A stretch of 64,000 nucleotides of DNA, taken from the human T2T-CHM13v2.0 reference genome, Homo sapiens. The stretch's first letter is position 1. Each line of letters opens with the position of its first letter. A program made the translations under genes and the position numbers. The stretch lies in the NCBI RefSeq assembly GCF_009914755.1, contig NC_060943.1. One strand, given 5' to 3'. The notes beneath the pieces are model-generated. The model was not told where the DNA came from. It searched no databases and saw nothing but the letters and a program-made list of their open reading frames with translations. Positions 1 to 24,591 of this stretch are shown piece after piece.

Positions 1-308
1 GACCAATGTACTGTGTGTCAGGCTTAAAAACTGCCAGAACCTTGCCACAGCTGCATGGCCCTGTGTGACCGGACCCTGCTCACCTCCCCAACCTTATCTC
101 ATGTGGTCACTCCCTTGTCTACCTGTCATATCCACACCAGAATCCATAGATCCGGGAACCCACAAGGCCCTGGGGCCCATATCAGGACTATCACTCTCAC
201 GGTTCCCTCTTCTCCTTCTTATTCTGATCCTTTGGGTCTCAGTGCAAACACCCCGTCTTCAGGGAGCCCTTCTCTGCCCCTCGATGTAAAGTAGATTTGT
301 CCCTCTGA

Positions 309-1900
<1,592 letters not shown>

Positions 1901-2004
1901 AAAAGACAAAAGTAAATCAATAAAATAAAAGCAGAGCTATGAGGCTGGGAAGAGTTCTGAGTCCTTTCCACTAATACCCTCCATGCCCTTCCTTGCAGAT
2001 ATGG

Positions 2005-4395
<2,391 letters not shown>

Positions 4396-5135
4396 TTATG
4401 GTTTGTATATTTATTACTAAGAAAGAAGCAGTGCTGGAAATTCCACTCTGCCCACCATTGATCATGAGACATAGTTCAATGTCAAAGGCACTATGGAAGC
4501 ATCAGCACTGAGAGCTGATGAAATGGTCAAGCTTTTCTGTTTAATGCCCATGCCCGTCCTCTGACGCGGATGCTGTCAACATCCTCCACACGCACATCGG
4601 GAGACGGCGGTCCCTCCAGAAGCACAAGCTCCTTCCAGAGGCTGGCTCCTGACCCCTTTTCCTTTCCTGCTCCTCTAACTCATTGTTCCTCCCCCTTTCT
4701 TCCTCCAGTCACATTGAGTACTGCTGGCCTCTCACCACTTGTCTTAAGAATCTATGTGTCTTTCTCTCGGTGCTAAAGAATTCAGGGAGGCAGGGACTGT
4801 TCCGAGTTGTCTTTGTCTCCCTGTCACCCCAGCCTTCCACAGGGTCAGCTTTGCCTACCTGAACTGAGCTGTTCTGCCCAGCCTCCCCATGGCGAGCAGG
4901 CACAAATGAACTGCAAGCGTGCGGTTGCCAAGGAGACCTTGGTACGTCCAGTGCTGGCCAAACTAAACACCCTCCTTTGCAAGGAAAGCTTTGTGAACAA
5001 GTGTGGACACGTCCTTGCTTTCAAAGCAACAGTTTGAAAATGGCCAAGTTCCTTTTTTAAAAAAGCTTTTCTGTCAGGGCGAGGTGGCTCATGCCTGTAA
5101 TCCCAGCACTCTGGGAGGCCGAGACAGGCAGATCA

Positions 5136-5447
<312 letters not shown>

Positions 5448-6145
5448 TCACAGCTCACTGCAGCTTTCTGGGCTCAGGTGATCCTCCTGTCTCAGCCTCT
5501 CAAGTATCTGAGACTACAGGCACACACCACTACACCTGGCTATTTATTTATTTATTTATTTATTTATTTATTGTAGACACAATGTCTCCCTATATTGTTC
5601 AGGCTGGTCTCAAACTCCCGGCCTCAAGAGATCCTCCTCCCTCAGCCTCCCATAGTGCTGGGATTATAGGGGTAAGCCACTTTGCCCTGCCTCTGTTCTA
5701 ATTTTTTTATTTTAATTAACTTGCTTTTTTATTTCTTAATTTTTATTTTTTTAGAGATGAGGTCTTGCTACATTGCCCAACCTGGTCTTGAACTCCTGGG
5801 TTCAAGCAATCCTCATGCTTCAGCCTCCAGAGTAGCTGGGATTATAGGCACATGCCACCGTGCCCGACTAAATGTTTATAAATAAACTTCTGAATTTGGA
5901 ATTTAGGCTTACAGGAAACGCATGGACAGTACGGAGTTCCCATACACCCCACACTCTGTGTCTCCTAACGTTTTACCTAACCACAGCACAACCAACTATG
6001 TTGTTACAACTATGAAATGAACTTTGAGGACAGGTGCAGTAGCTCGTGCCTGTAATCCTAACATTTTGGGAGGCTGAGGCAGACAGTTCACTTGAGATCA
6101 GGAGTTTGAGACCAGCCTGGCCAACATAGCAAAACTTTATCTCTA

Positions 6146-6486
<341 letters not shown>

Positions 6487-6598
6487 TTAGCCAGGCATGG
6501 TGGTGTGCGCCTGTAGTTCCAGCTACTCAGGAGACTGAGGCATAAGAATCGCTTGAACCCATTAGGCAAAATTTACAATGAGCCAAGATCATGCCACT

Positions 6599-6703
6599 GG
6601 AAGGAAGGAAGGAAGGAAGGAAGGAAGGAAGGAAAGAAGGAAGGAAGGAAGGAAGGAAGGAAGGAAGGAAGGAGGAAGGAAGGAAGGAAGGAAGGAAGGA
6701 AGG
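6599..6703 (+). repeat. (GGAA)n microsatellite inside an Alu right arm
   Basis: About 25 GGAA-type units with a few interruptions. Confidence 0.95.
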
Positions 6704-6977
6704 ATTTTCCAGTGAGACAAGATTGCGCCACTGCACTCTAGCCTGGGTGACATAGCAGGACTCCAACTCAAAAAAAAAAAAAAAGATAAATCAACATTGG
6801 TACATGACTGTTAACCTCCTGACTTTATTCAAATGTTGCCAGCTCTTCTATCTAAGTCTTTTCTGGTGAAGAACCCCATCCAGGGTACCCCATTGCATTT
6901 CGTTGTCTTATTGCCCTAGTCTCCTCTGGTCTGTGTCAATTTCTCAGTCACCTTATTTCTCATGACCTTGGCAGTCT

Positions 6978-7052
6978 TTTTCTTTCCTTCTTTCCTTCTT
7001 TCCTTCCTTCCTTCTTTCCTTCCTTCCTTCCTTCCTTCCTTCCTACCTTCCT
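6978..7052 (+). repeat. (TTCC)n/(CTTT)n microsatellite, tail of a - strand Alu
   Basis: Direct reading of the sequence. Confidence 0.9.
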
Positions 7053-7069
7053 CTCTCTCTTTCTTTTGA

Positions 7070-7213
<144 letters not shown>

Positions 7214-7451
7214 TGACTGGCAGGGCATCTTGAAGAACGCCCTTCCCTCTAGTCTGGGTCTGTCTGTTATTTTTCTCATGATTATACTGAGGTTATGAAT
7301 TTGGTTCAAGTTCTTTTAATCCAGACATCCCCCTACAGGAAGAGGCTGTCAAAAATTTTTGAAAGAAACTTTCTGCTTTGTCAAAAGGGATTGAAAAAAC
7401 AAATCACCTGTCATGCCACCTCTCTGACAAACTTGTGTTTCTATTTCCCAG

Positions 7452-7568
7452 GTCGTTGATCTGAGGTGGGGTATTCGGAACATTGAAGCCACTGACCACT
7501 TGACCACAGAACTCTGCTTGGAGGAGGTTGACCGGTGTTGGAAAACATCCATAGGGCCAGCTTTTGTT
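7452..7568 (+). CDS. NWD1: NWD1 coding exon 2 (117 nt, aa 28-66, VVDLRWG...CLEEVDRC...PAFV), DUF4062-like
   Basis: tttcccAG acceptor, GTT|GTGAGT donor, phase 0-0; VDLRWG and CLxEV motifs. Confidence 0.95.
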
Positions 7569-8246
7569 GTGAGTGTCTTGGGAGGAATGGGTTAGCTCTT
7601 ACTCCTCCAGGATATGCCCCCTGCTTTCTAGACAAACTGATCAGCAGAGGGAAGTAGGTACCGTTTCTGCTTTCGTACCTTATCCCTATGGCCTGCCTGT
7701 GGCAGACATTACTAATCAATCACAGAACTCTTTCTGCAGAGCTGAATGGGATCCAGACATTAGCAGTCAAATGGAAGCAGCAGGTGGCTTGGAGAGTAGA
7801 ATGTTGAAGCCAGAAGGAATCTTGGAATTTGATCTGGACTTTCTCCCACCTTCCCCACCCCCTCCACTTTATGTCTATAGAACTTTGGGATCCTGGAAAG
7901 CCATGGAAAAGGTGGAAACCCACAGGGTCTTGGGATATTTTTTTTCCTCCATGTGCCCACTGGTTTCAGGTCGTGGGGACTTCTCCCCTCTCTCTTCCAA
8001 TTGCACCCCTTCTATCAAAAAATCAATCTCCAGTCCACAATTAATGGTTTTGGCTATTAAAATTGAATGATATTCCTGAGTCTTTTTTCTTTTTCTTTTT
8101 TGAGACAGAGTCTCAAAAAAGCCCAGGCTAGAGTGCAGTGGCAAGATCATGGCTCACTACAGCCTTGAACTCCTGGGCTTCTGATCTCCCTGCCTTGTTC
8201 TCCCAAGTAGCTGGGACTACAGGTGTGTGCCGCCACAGTTGGCTAG

Positions 8247-8432
<186 letters not shown>

Positions 8433-8572
8433 TGAGTCCTAATTTATTACATCGAGTTCCAGATACATCCAAGAACGATCACATTTTCCTTAGAAATTCT
8501 AGAGCAGGGGGCCGGGCGTGGTGGCTCACACCTGTAATCCCAGCACTTTGGGAGGCCAAGGTGGGTGGATCA

Positions 8573-8833
<261 letters not shown>

Positions 8834-8839
8834 CTAGAG

Positions 8840-9063
8840 CAGAGGCCAACAAGCTATAGCCTGAAAGGCAAGTGTGGCCTGCTGCCTGTCTTTGTAAGTA
8901 AAGCTTTATTGGCACACAGCCATGTCCACTTGTTTACACATTGTTTAGCCCTGCTTTCAAGCTATAATGGCAGAGTTTAGTCGTTCTGACAGAGACCATC
9001 TGGCCTGTAAAGCCAAAAGTATTGACTGTCTGACTTTTTCCAGGAGAAATGTGCTGATCCCTG
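8840..9063. mobile_element. MER58-like hAT DNA transposon
   Basis: ...gtaagtaaagctttattggcacacagccatg...agagaccatctggcctgtaaagccaaaagtatt...gctgatccctg resembles MER58A. Confidence 0.7.
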
Positions 9064-9534
9064 TCCTGGACAGTAAAGAGGGAAAAAGTAAAGAAAAGTA
9101 CCATGGCCAGGTATGGTGGCTCACTCCTGTAATCTCTGCATTTTGGGAGGCTGAGGCAGGTGGACAATTTGAGGTCAGGAGTTTGAGAGCAGCCTGGGCA
9201 ACATGGTGAAACCCCATCTCTACTAAAAATACACAAATTAGCCAGACGTGGTGGCACATGCCTGTGATCCCAGCTACTTGGGAAGCTGAGGCAGGATAAT
9301 CATTTGAAACTGGGAGGCAGAGGTTGGAGTGAGCCGAGATTGTGCCACTGCATTCCAGACTGCGCAACAGACGGAGACTCTGTCAAAAAAAAAAAAAAAA
9401 AAGGAGAAGGTGAGGGCCAGAGAGATATTCTATTTTCTGAGATCTATTTTCTGAGACCTAAAGTGTCCCAACATTATAACGAAAGACTGTAACAAGGGCT
9501 TTGGGAATTATGAGCCAGGAATAATGGGCAAAAC

Positions 9535-9717
9535 ATATATATATAATCTATATATAATATATATATTATATATATATAATATAATGATATATAATATATA
9601 ATATATAATAACATATAACATACTATTATATGTATAATATATAATGTATACATTATATATTATATATAATACATTATCTATAATATATAATACATTATAT
9701 ATTATATATATATATAT
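9535..9717. repeat. (TA)n-rich low-complexity repeat
   Basis: Almost pure A/T alternating tract. Confidence 0.9.
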
Positions 9718-10774
9718 TTCACTCCTTTTTCTTTGAGACAAGGTCTTGCTATGTTGCCCAGGCTGGTTTTGAACTCCCGGACTGAAGCAATCCTCCAGCC
9801 TTAGCCTCCTGGGTAGCTGGGATTACAGTTATTCTTTTGATCTACACTTCTATTGTAATTTGGTGCCACTCTGTTTTATTTATTACTGCTTTAAAATATA
9901 TCCTAATGTTTGGAAAACTCTACATTCTGTTGTAAATCTCCTAAATTTCCAGTCTCCTAAGTTTAATTTTTCAAAGGAGCCCAATGATCATTTTAATGAG
10001 TTTCCAAGAAAAAAAAAAAGGAGAGAGAGGCTGACCATGGTGGCTCATGCCTGTAATCCCGCACTTCAGGAGGCTGAGATGAGAGGATCACTTGAGCCCA
10101 GGAGTTCAAGACCAGCTTGAGTAACATAGTGAGACCCTATCTCTACCAAAAAAAAAAAAAAAAAAAAAAAAAATTATTTTTTTAAGGAAGAAAGGGAAAA
10201 GAAGGGAGACAAAGAACTCCAGGAGGAATCTGATTTTGCAACCCAAATTGCAGGCAGCCAAAAGCACAGTGCAGCTTTCTGATTGCACAGAGAACCTAGG
10301 GGTGATCTCTGAGCTTCTCTGGGGCCTGACCAACCGGCCCTGGGACCTTCCAGAAAGGCCCTATGGCCAGCTGAGCTGGACTTCCTTCCTGCTTCCATCT
10401 TGAACCAGGCATCACCCCTCTACTGCCCAAGAGCCACAGCATCATTCTGCTCCATGACTCTGATTTGTGGGGGCGCCTTCCACAAAAATCAGAGATGTGC
10501 TGGAGGCCCTTGGAGAGGTGTCTCTCTGGTAAATAAGTCATTAGGCAGCACCGAGGCCGGGGACAGCTCCCCATGGCACTTCCTTTTAGAGAGGCTCCTG
10601 TCTCTTGGGCTATCAGCAGCCCCAGTGTCTCCAGAGCTCTGAGAGTTGTTCCTGGTGGGAACTGTTCCTATTTCCCTTGCTCTGATCCCACAGATTGGAG
10701 CAGTTTGTTTTGTTTTGTTTTTTACCACCTGTTTCCTTCATATAACCTCTGGTCTGTGGTTGGCTTGTGTCTTA

Positions 10775-10999
<225 letters not shown>

Positions 11000-11144
11000 C
11001 TAGCTGCTCCGGAGGCTGAGATGGGAAAATCCCTTGAGCCCAGAAGTCTGAGGTGGCAGTGAACTATGATTGTACCGTGGCACTCTGGCCTGGGTGCCAG
11101 AGGAAGAGTCTGTCTCTTAAGAAAAAAAGAAGAAAAAAGAATAG

Positions 11145-11516
<372 letters not shown>

Positions 11517-11645
11517 TAAGCTCAAGTGATCTGCCCACCCTATTCTCCCAAAGTGCTGGGATTACAGGTGTGAGCCACCGCACTGGCCCAGGTTAACTCT
11601 TTTGGATTCCGGTTTGCACCTACTCCAAGTGTGGTTCTGGCATTA

Positions 11646-12514
<869 letters not shown>

Positions 12515-12897
12515 TGAATTTCCCTGACTCCCCAGGCTACGTACGACCCATGTTTTACCCTTTCTTCCTAGCACTCTAACAGCTGCCATTTGACCTTGGT
12601 CTGATTCTAGATTGATGCCTGCCTCTTTGGCTAAGACTCCAAGGTTGGCTGGGCCCGGTGGCTCCTGCCTGTAATCCCAGAACGTTGGGAGGCTGAGGTG
12701 GGCAGATTATTTGAGGTCAGGAGTTTGAGACCAGTCTGGCCAACATGGTGAAACCCAGTCTCTACTAAAAATACAAAAATTAGCCGGGTGTGGTGGTGGG
12801 CGCCTGTAGTCCCAGCTACTGGGGAGGTAGAGGTTGCAGTGAGCTGAGATTGTACCACTGCACGCCAGCCTGGGTGACAGAGTGAAACTGTGTCTCA

Positions 12898-13083
<186 letters not shown>

Positions 13084-13470
13084 TCAGGAGGCTGAGGCCG
13101 GAGAATCACTTGAACTCAGGAGGCAGAGGTTGCAGTGATCTGAGATTGTGCCACTGCACTCCAGCCTGGGCGACAGAGGGAGATTCCATCTCAAAAAAAT
13201 AAAATAAATAATAAATAAATAAATATCTGTGGGCTGACTGTACTCAGAATGTGGCGCTTTCATACTGAGCTCTGATCTCTCCCTTTCTCCGTGGTCAGCC
13301 CTTAAGCCATCCTGTGACCTTGGACTAACTCTGTTCCATCCCCAGGCCCCTGTTTCCATGATAATAAAAGGGGAGAGCTGGACTTAGGGTCCTCTTAGCC
13401 CTGCTTCACCTCTGATTCTCCCTGGAAGGACCAGAACTAGAATGGAGAACCACCACAAGATTTAATTTAA

Positions 13471-13962
<492 letters not shown>

Positions 13963-15235
13963 TGATCTGCCCACCTCAGCCTTCCAAAGTGTTGAGATTA
14001 CAGGCGTGAGCCACCTTGCCTGGCCCCATTATTTGTTTCTTTAGAGACAGGGTCTCACTCTGTCCCCCAGGCTGGAGTGCAGTGGTGCGATCACAGCTCA
14101 CTGCAGCCTCGAACTCCTGAGCTCAAGCGGTCCTCCAGCCTCAGCCTCCTGAGTACCTGAGACTACAGATGCACACCCCCACACCCTGATAATTTTTAAT
14201 TTTTATAGATATGGGGTCTCACTATGTTGCCCAGCTAGTCTCTAACTCCTGGGCTCAAGAGATCCTCCTGCCTTGGCCTCCCAAAGTGTTGGGATTACAG
14301 GCGTGAGCCACCATGCCTAGCCTAGGGGACAATTCTTTATTGACCCTCGTGACTTCTGGTGGCTCCAGGCTATAAGGGCGGTCAACTTCACCTCCATCTT
14401 CTCAGAGTGCTGGTTGGATTGAAGAATTGAATTGACATAAAATTGATTAACAGGAAAAGAAACCATACATATTTATTTATTTATTTATTAGTTTGTTTAT
14501 TTATTTATTTATTTTGAGACAGAGTCTTACTCTGTTGCCCAGGCTGGACTGCGGTGGCACCATGTCGGTTCACTGAAACCTCCCTCTCCCGGGTTCAAGC
14601 AATTCTCCTGCCTCAGCCTCCCAAGTAGCTGGGATTACAGGCACCTACCACTACGCCCAGCTAATTTTTATATTTTTAGTAGATATGGGATTTCACTATG
14701 TTGGCCAGGCCAGTCTTGAACTCCTGACCTCAGGTAATCCACCCGCCTTGGCCTCCCAAAGTGCTGGGATTACAGGTGTGAGCCACCGCGCCTGGCCGAT
14801 ATACATTTATTAATACAAGTGTTTTACATGGCATAAGAACCCTCATAAGGAAATAAGGACCCACAAAAGCAGCTAGAGTCATTTACTTATATATTGAATT
14901 GGAGAAAGAATAGTAAATTGTGGCTGGGGACAGTGGCTCACGACAGTAATCCCAGCACTTTGTGAGGCTGAGATGAGAGGATCCCTTGAGTACAGGAGTT
15001 CAATACCAGCCCGGGTAATGTAGTGAGACCCTATCTGTACCGAAAATAAAAACTTAAAAATTAGCTGGGTATGGTGGCATGTGATTGTGGTCCAAGTGGG
15101 AGGATCACTTAAACCCAGGAGGTTGAGGCTGCAGTGAGCCATGGTTGTACCACCGCACTCCAGCCTGGGCGACAGAGCAAGACCTTGTCTGAAGAAAAAA
15201 AGTGAGATTTGAATCTGTGACTTCCTCTCTGCCAG

Positions 15236-15533
15236 GCCCTCATCGGTGATCAGTACGGCCCCTGTCTGATTCCCTCGCGGATCGATGAGAAGGAGTGGGA
15301 GGTATTGAGGGACCATCTGACTGCCAGGCCAAGTGACCTGGAGCTGGTGGCACGATACTTCCAGAGGGACGAGAATGCGTTTCCTCCCACCTACGTCCTG
15401 CAGGCACCAGGTACTGGGGAGGCCTGTGAACCAGAGGAGGCCACCTTAACTTCTGTCCTACGCTCTGGAGCCCAGGAGGCCCGGAGGCTGGGGCTCATCA
15501 CCCAGGAGCAGTGGCAGCACTACCACCGGTCAG
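15236..15533 (+). CDS. NWD1: NWD1 coding exon 3 (298 nt, ALIGDQYGPCLIP...HYHRS)
   Basis: ctctctgccAG acceptor, CAG|GTGAGG donor, phase 0-1; overlaps ORF 15305-15577; LIGxxYG motif. Confidence 0.95.
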
Positions 15534-15798
15534 GTGAGGCCGCAGGGACTCCCCTCTGGAGACCCACAAGAAACTGACCACGTGTTCAGAATATCCATCC
15601 CCTGTTGGCAAAAATGCAACAGTCTGCATTTCTTGCAAATGCCAAACCAGTCAACCTCTGGTCCCTCGGCTCTGAGAAAGGCTGTTTTACTGATCCAAGA
15701 TAGTTCAGCCATGTTCCTGATCAATCTTGGTCTCAGGATCTTCCTCTCCTCGCTGGCTCTTTCTTCTTGTCTCCCAGGGAGGTTCCTGGCACAGGGGC

Positions 15799-16172
15799 CG
15801 TATTAGTCTGTTCTCATGCCACTAATAAAGGCATACTTGAGGCTGGGTAATTTACAAAGGAAAGAGGTTTAATGGACTCACAATTCCACATGGCTGGGGA
15901 GGCCTCACAATCATGGCTGAAGGCAAAGGAGAAGCAAAGAGGCACATCTTACATGGTGGCAGGTAAGACAGAGTGAGAGCCAAGCGAAAGGGGAAATTCC
16001 TTATAAAACCATCAGATCTTGTGAGACTTATTCACTACCACGAGAACAGTATGGGGGAAACTATCCCCCATGATTCAATTATCTCCCACCAGGTCCCTCC
16101 CACAGCACGTGTGAATTATGGGAGCTACAATTCAAGATGAGATTTGGGTGAAGACACAGCCAAACCATATCA
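15799..16172 (-). mobile_element. THE1 (MaLR) solo LTR
   Basis: gtattagtctgttctcatgc...cttataaaaccatcagatc...acacagccaaaccatatca; about 375 bp; 5-bp flanks ggggc/ggggg. Confidence 0.88.
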
Positions 16173-16261
16173 GGGGGAGCAATGCAGGGCGACTACCATC
16201 CCAGTTTGCCTGGGACGGAGGGGTTCCTAGGATGCAGGATTTGTATTACTAAAATCTGACA

Positions 16262-19677
<3,416 letters not shown>

Positions 19678-19681
19678 TTAA

Positions 19682-19856
19682 CTAGTGTAACTCTGGGTGC
19701 AGTCCCTGGACCAGCAAGCCTTGGCTTGTTGCAAATGCAAACTCCGGGGCCCCACTCAGATCTGCTGAATCACTTCTGGAGGTGGGGTCCAGCCATGTGG
19801 GTCTTTTCGAGACCCCCAGGTCAGACTCTGGTGCACGTTAATCTTGAGAACCAATG
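19682..19856. mobile_element. MER5A-like hAT element
   Basis: gcttgttgcaaatgcaaactccggggccccactcagatctgctgaatca...ttgagaacca. Confidence 0.7.
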
Positions 19857-19953
19857 CACATCCCCCAACAACAGGTCTCCCAGCAACCCCATTTAGGTCA
19901 GCTGCTGACCCAATAATGACCACACTTCCTTCCCACCTTCCCCACTTTGGCAG

Positions 19954-21226
19954 TCATTGAGTGGGAGATAGAGCGGAGCCTGCTGAGCTCAGAGGACCGG
20001 GAACAGGGAGCCACCGTCTTCCTTAGAGAGATCCAAGACCTCCACAAACACATCCTTGAAGACTGCGCCCTTAGGATGGTGGACCGGCTCGCGGATGGCT
20101 GCCTGGACACTGATGCCCAGAACCTTCTCAGCAGCCTCAAAAGTCACATCACTGACATGCACCCAGGGGTCCTCAAGACCCACCGCCTGCCGTGGAGCCG
20201 CGACTTGGTGAACCCCAAGAACAAGACTCACGCCTGCTACCTGAAGGAGCTGGGTGAGCAGTTTGTGGTGAGGGCCAATCACCAGGTCCTCACACGCCTC
20301 CGTGAGCTGGATACGGCCGGACAGGAGTTGGCGTGGCTCTACCAAGAGATCCGCCACCACCTTTGGCAGAGCTCGGAGGTCATTCAGACCTTCTGCGGAC
20401 GCCAGGAACTCCTGGCCCGGCTTGGGCAGCAGCTCAGGCACGATGACAGCAAGCAGCACACCCCCCTGGTACTCTTTGGGCCCCCAGGCATTGGAAAGAC
20501 AGCCCTGATGTGCAAGCTGGCTGAGCAGATGCCAAGGCTGCTGGGGCACAAGACAGTGACCGTCCTGCGGCTGCTGGGGACGTCACAAATGAGCTCAGAT
20601 GCCCGTGGCCTGCTGAAGAGCATCTGCTTCCAGGTGTGCCTGGCCTATGGGCTGCCCTTGCCCCCTGCCCAGGTTCTGGACGCCCACACCAGGGTGGTCC
20701 AGTTTTTCCATACCCTCCTCCACACTGTCTCTTGCAGAAACTTCGAGTCTCTCGTGCTCCTGCTGGATGCTATGGATGACCTGGACTCTGTCCGCCATGC
20801 TCGGAGGGTTCCCTGGCTGCCTCTCAACTGCCCCCCGAGGGTGCACCTCATCCTCTCAGCTTGCTCGGGGGCACTGGGGGTTTTGGACACCTTGCAGCGG
20901 GTGCTCCTGGACCCGGAGGCCTACTGGGAGGTGAAGCCCCTTTCCGGAAACCAAGGCCAGCAGATGATCCAACTCCTGCTGGCAGCTGCAAGGAGGACGC
21001 TGAGCCCGGTGCACACAGATTTGCTCTGGGCCAGCCTCCCAGAGTGTGGGAACCCAGGGCGGCTGAGGCTGGCGTTTGAGGAAGCCCGGAAATGGGCCTC
21101 TTTCACCGTGCCTGTCCCGCTGGCCACCACCGCAGAGGAAGCCACGCACCAACTCTGCACCCGCCTGGAGCAGACACACGGGCAGCTCCTCGTGGCCCAC
21201 GTGCTGGGCTACATTGTGTCTTCCCG
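19954..21226 (+). CDS. NWD1: NWD1 coding exon 4 (1273 nt), NACHT NTPase domain
   Basis: 427-aa ORF 19947-21230; ttggcAG acceptor, CG|GTAAGT donor, phase 1-2; Walker A GPPGIGKT 20478-20501; Walker [12 protein letters not shown] 20751-20783; GNP motif downstream. Confidence 0.98.
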
Positions 21227-21244
21227 GTAAGTCTCTGTGTTTTG

Positions 21245-23820
<2,576 letters not shown>

Positions 23821-24340
23821 GTGCAAATAACAACTGGGGCATGTTCCAGAATAGAGGGGTGGCCCATTGGGCCATTCTGTTGAAGTTGACTTGGAGGAAG
23901 TGAGTTGTCATGGAAACTGTCATAAAAATCAGAGCAGCTTCTCCTTCCTTCTCCCTCTGGGGTCCTCTCTGCACATCAACTCCTCTTGTAGACTCTTCCT
24001 TCGGCCCCTCTGGAACTTCAGCTTGCCTTGAGCCACAGTTGGCATCAGGAGCCCATATTTCTGTGACCAGGTGCCATCTTACTGACTTTTTCTTTGGGTC
24101 CTAATTCCAAAGTACAGGGAGACAGAAATCAAATGGCCTACTTGGTCCCATATCTGGTCCAATTAGTAAAGCCAGATCTCTCACAGGGGTGGCGGGGGAG
24201 GTGGTTTATAAAGCATGATGATAAGGTGGATGATTTTGGTTGCTCCAGTTCCATGAAAATATGTTATGCTTACACATCAGATCCATGTGGCAGGATGGTG
24301 AGAGCTTTGCTCTTGGAGCAGACCTGAGATCCTTCTAGGC

Positions 24341-24574
24341 TAGAGGTCGTCACCTCAGGATAGTTCTCCACGCCCCCCATCCCCCCACAGGGGACACTAG
24401 ACAGTGTGTCTGGAAGCATTTTTGGTTGTCATGACTGAGCAGGGTGGTGCTCCTGGTGTCTTTACTGAGTGGAGTCCAGGGATGCTGTTTAACACCCTAC
24501 AGTGCAAAGGATTGTCCTACTTTAGAGAATGATCCAGCCCCAGATGTTGATAGTGCAGAGAGTAAGAAACCTTG
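24341..24574 (+). mobile_element. MER20 DNA transposon
   Basis: caggggaca...tttttggttgtcatgact...ccagggatgctg...agagaatgatccagcccc...agaaaccttg. Confidence 0.8.
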
Positions 24575-24591
24575 CCTTAGCCTGAGAGACC

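Noticed and set aside
7573-8070. 165-aa non-Alu ORF just after coding exon 2
   Set aside because: Starts at GTG in the intron, is out of frame with NWD1 and has no recognisable domain.
19989-21200. Antisense and alternative-frame ORFs overlapping the NACHT exon (e.g. 186 aa at 19989-20549 -)
   Set aside because: Expected shadows of a GC-rich coding exon; no independent motif or signal.
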